DNA from: Sphaerodactylus townsendi
Lineage: Eukaryota
DNA length: 64,000 bases
Assembly (NCBI RefSeq): GCF_021028975.2
Contig: NC_059429.1
Span: 42,098,001-42,162,000 of the forward strand
Direction of reading: 5' to 3'
This document shows, piece by piece, positions 61,050 to 64,000 of the stretch (its first letter is position 1; each line of letters starts with the position of its first letter). The notes below the pieces were generated by a model. It saw only the letters and a list, made by a program, of their open reading frames with translations. It was not told the origin of the DNA and ran no database searches. A program made the position numbers and the translations under genes.

Positions 61050-63450
61050 GACCTATGGAAGCTCTGCCATTGGGTTCAGGACGTGAGGATTGCCTGTCAG
61101 CCCCCGGCAATATTTTCAGCAACAGTCCCAAGTGAGTGACGTCATTGGACTTCGCACTGGGCGCCTTTCCACTCCGAGGAGTAAATGGGCGCCTTCTCGT
61201 TGCCGAAGCTGTCATCTCAGCCATGAAGGGTGGAGGAAAGCAGGTGATCTGATGACCTAATTTGACCCCCACCAAGGAAAAGGACAGAGTTCAAGATCTG
61301 CGGGAAAAGTCGCTGCCTATGCTTGGTTCCAAGGCACCCATATGCTCCGCTGCTTGGGGGCTGGAAGGACACCTGACTTTCTGACTGGATTCTTGCAGGC
61401 AGCTATGCAGTTTCCTCTGATGTAGTTTTTTAGCCTATTCCTCCTGGAATGGGCAATTACGCCGCCAATGCAGCCTTGGAGGATGCCCTCCCGGGACACA
61501 GGCCTGAAATGCAGCTCTTCGGGGTGGAATCCCTGACGGGCGAGAGAGAGAGGCGAGAGAGAGAGAGAGAACCGCTTCTCTGAAGCCAGAGGCGCCTGCT
61601 GCCTCCGCCACCTCCGGGTGACTTTGCGAGGTCTTTGGGGGTCCAGGGGGTGCGCCCGAAAGAGGCGAAGTCTGTGCGCTCTCACAGCCGTTCTCTTCCT
61701 CAAGACGAAGCTGCAGTGTGGCCCAACAGCCCTCACCCCGACGACGCCTTCTGAAGGCTTGTTTTCCAATCCGGGGACGCACAACAGCCCAAGGCAGAAA
61801 CTGGGCTGAGCTCGAGCCTGGAGGCCAGCGGCCCCGCAGAGAAGCCCCCCCAGAGCAGGGGCAGAGCGCGGTTTAAGGCTCCCCATGGCAAGGCAGCTCA
61901 CATAGCAGCAGCCGCAGCCAAGGGGCCGTGCCCCGAGGCAGCAGCTCAGATCAGCCTGGGCTGAGCTGGCGGCCGGCGGGGCGAGTCGGGGCGGCTGCAG
62001 CCAGACCTTCGCTGTCTCCCAGCCGGTTCCCAACGTGCCAGGCGGGTCCGAGTCCGACGGCTTTGCTTTCCAACCTTGCAATGGCTGCCTCTGATTTCAG
62101 AGCCCGCTTTCCAGTTGGGGCCCCCGGCCCTGACTGACTCGGTTGCCAGGTCTGGGTTGGATATTCCTGGAGATTTGGGGGTGGAGTCTCGGGAGGGCGG
62201 GGGTTTACGTAGTGGAAGGACCTCAGGGACACAGATTCTATAGAGGCCACTCTCCAGAGCAGCTCAGCTTTAATTCTCTAGGCTCCATCTGGAGTTTGGC
62301 AACCCTACATTCAAACGAAGAAGCGAAAATTGGTCTCCGCCCATGACGATCACCCTGGCAGGAGCCCCGCGAGAACCAGGCCAGGCCTGAGGGTGGAGTT
62401 CCCAACTGGCGTCATCCTTTCCATTTATCAATCCAGGACATGTCTATCCCTTCTGAGAGTAAGAAAAGAAAAGGGGCCTCGCCCATCACTTCTTGTTTTC
62501 AGAACTAAAACAAAACTAAAATCTGCCCAACTCCAGATTTTAAAAGGGACGTTTTCGCAATTCCCATCAAGGGAGGAGTCAGCCGAACTCAAATGCACTC
62601 ACTTGCATCTGGATGCCACGGTTATACCAAAGTATACACACAGTATCTTCAGGGAAGTGACCCACGCATGCGCATTGAGGCCCAATCATTGCTTGAGTAC
62701 AAACATTTTGTAGTCCGTCTTTCCCCTGCAAAAAGAGCGGTAGGCAGTTTAAAGAAGACTCACAGAAAACAAACCAAAAAACCCCTGTGTGTACATGGAG
62801 CTGGTGAATCTCCAGCATCACACACACTCTCATGGCTATGCACTGATTGTCATGTGCACACTCACACATCTTTCGATGCTAATGCACCGTTAACTGCATA
62901 CACACAATTCGACACCCGTGTTTTGCCGTCGCCCAGCCTTCCCTTTGGTAGGCATGCTGTGATGCCAACCCAAAAGCATTTGTTTCCCCTTGGAGCCCCT
63001 GTATACAAAAGGTCGTCTGACTCATAGCAAATGGTTACCAGCTTTTTGTAAAACAAACACTTCGAAAGGGGAAAAAAATTCTCGTTGGGTAGCGGTAGTC
63101 CCCCCAGTAGGCTTGTTTTCTTTTTTCTTTTTGCAGGGGGCGAGGACTTTCTGCCTGCTCCAACGACACCCCCATCCTGCCAGATTAGTGCCCAAACGGA
63201 ACTGCGTTAGGCAGAGCGAAGGAGCCCCCTGCTGGTCAGACGGCGAAAAGCTGCGTGGCGAAGATTGCTTACAAAAGAGTCTGGGCGGATCCTCGGAGTG
63301 ACTCGAGACGCTTCGCTCTAAGATGCTGGGTGAGACCCACTAGGCCCTTTCGGGACATCAAGGGCGGGGTTTTGGCTTGTCTCCCCTCCGGCCCGCCCCC
63401 GAAGCGTTATTTGTTGCAACAGACACTGATTAATAACAGTTAGATTTTTC
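61050..63450. promoter_or_regulatory. second, distal CpG island; candidate promoter or enhancer
   Basis: CpG-rich core at ~61300-62450 and ~63100-63450. A perfect CRE TGACGTCA (61137-61144) overlaps ATTGG. Confidence 0.65.
62139..62307. mobile_element. hAT MITE (AGGGTTGCCA family) inside the distal CpG island
   Basis: GGTTGCCAGGTCTGGGTTGG...TTTGGCAACCCTA. Confidence 0.75.
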
Positions 63451-64000
63451 GCCGAAATCCTAGATTTTTGTTATTTGTTTGCAACCCTTAACTCGGGAAG
63501 GGGGCGATGGAGTCTGGTGGGTTTTTTTTAATATATATATATATTATGATTCATCTTACAGCTTGAGATAGGGCTTGAAGTACCGAAAGTGCTGCCCTCT
63601 CGAACCGGGAAGTCAGAAAGATCTATTCCAGATTCCTCCTATCAATGGGCAAATGTGTATTTTGTAAGGGGAACAGAAGAGATTGCATTTACTTAGTTGC
63701 CAAATTTATTATAGTGGATATAATTTTTGTCTGTCTTTTTCTTTCTCACACAGAGGCCGGAGACATGGTTAATGCAATATCTACAGGGTTTTAAAAAATA
63801 AAAGAAGTTTATAAGGTTCCTTTAATTTAAAAAGCCATATCTTTGGGAAGTAAATCATTACTTGGGGTATTTATGTTTGAGTCCACTTATGAGCTGCCTT
63901 GGGTACAAAGGTGGCATATAAATACTGGTATTCTAAAAGCAGATGAATAAATATTTCCTGTCTTCTTTGCCACTGCTGCTCTAGATGCTGGAAGGCCTCC

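Noticed and set aside
61317-62081. 254-aa minus-strand ORF (longest in the track)
   Set aside because: Non-ATG start, low-complexity Pro/Ala/Arg/Gly composition, spans a CT repeat, and has no recognisable domain. This is an expected by-product of a GC-rich CpG island.

Overview
Non-coding vertebrate DNA, almost certainly from a squamate reptile and probably a gecko (inferred from Squam3-type SINEs, SPIN, CR1, L2, R4/Dong and Penelope-like repeats). The one gene I can identify with certainty is the brain microRNA miR-137 on the minus strand (hairpin ~54017-54118; mature 3p 54038-54060, identical to the human sequence as I recall it). It sits in a CpG island (~50.5-57.9 kb), with a second CpG island upstream (~61-63.5 kb), candidate splice sites of a minus-strand host lncRNA (MIR137HG-like), two split REST/RE1-like motifs and a CRE/CCAAT site. 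The rest (1-50 kb, presumably host-gene intron or downstream intergenic DNA) is a mix of transposon relics and TE-free, motif-dense blocks that may be conserved enhancers. The relics include several hAT MITEs with intact 8-bp TSDs, a perfect 134-bp palindrome, a composite hAT with three nested right ends, and Penelope-like fold-backs carrying hammerhead-ribozyme cores. No listed ORF is a credible host protein; the only real coding remnants are decayed retroelement ORF fragments. I found no clearly new biological system. The best leads are the RE1 pair, the composite hAT, the hammerhead fold-backs and the hairpin-rich putative pri-miRNA intron. All family assignments come from recall, not from database searches.
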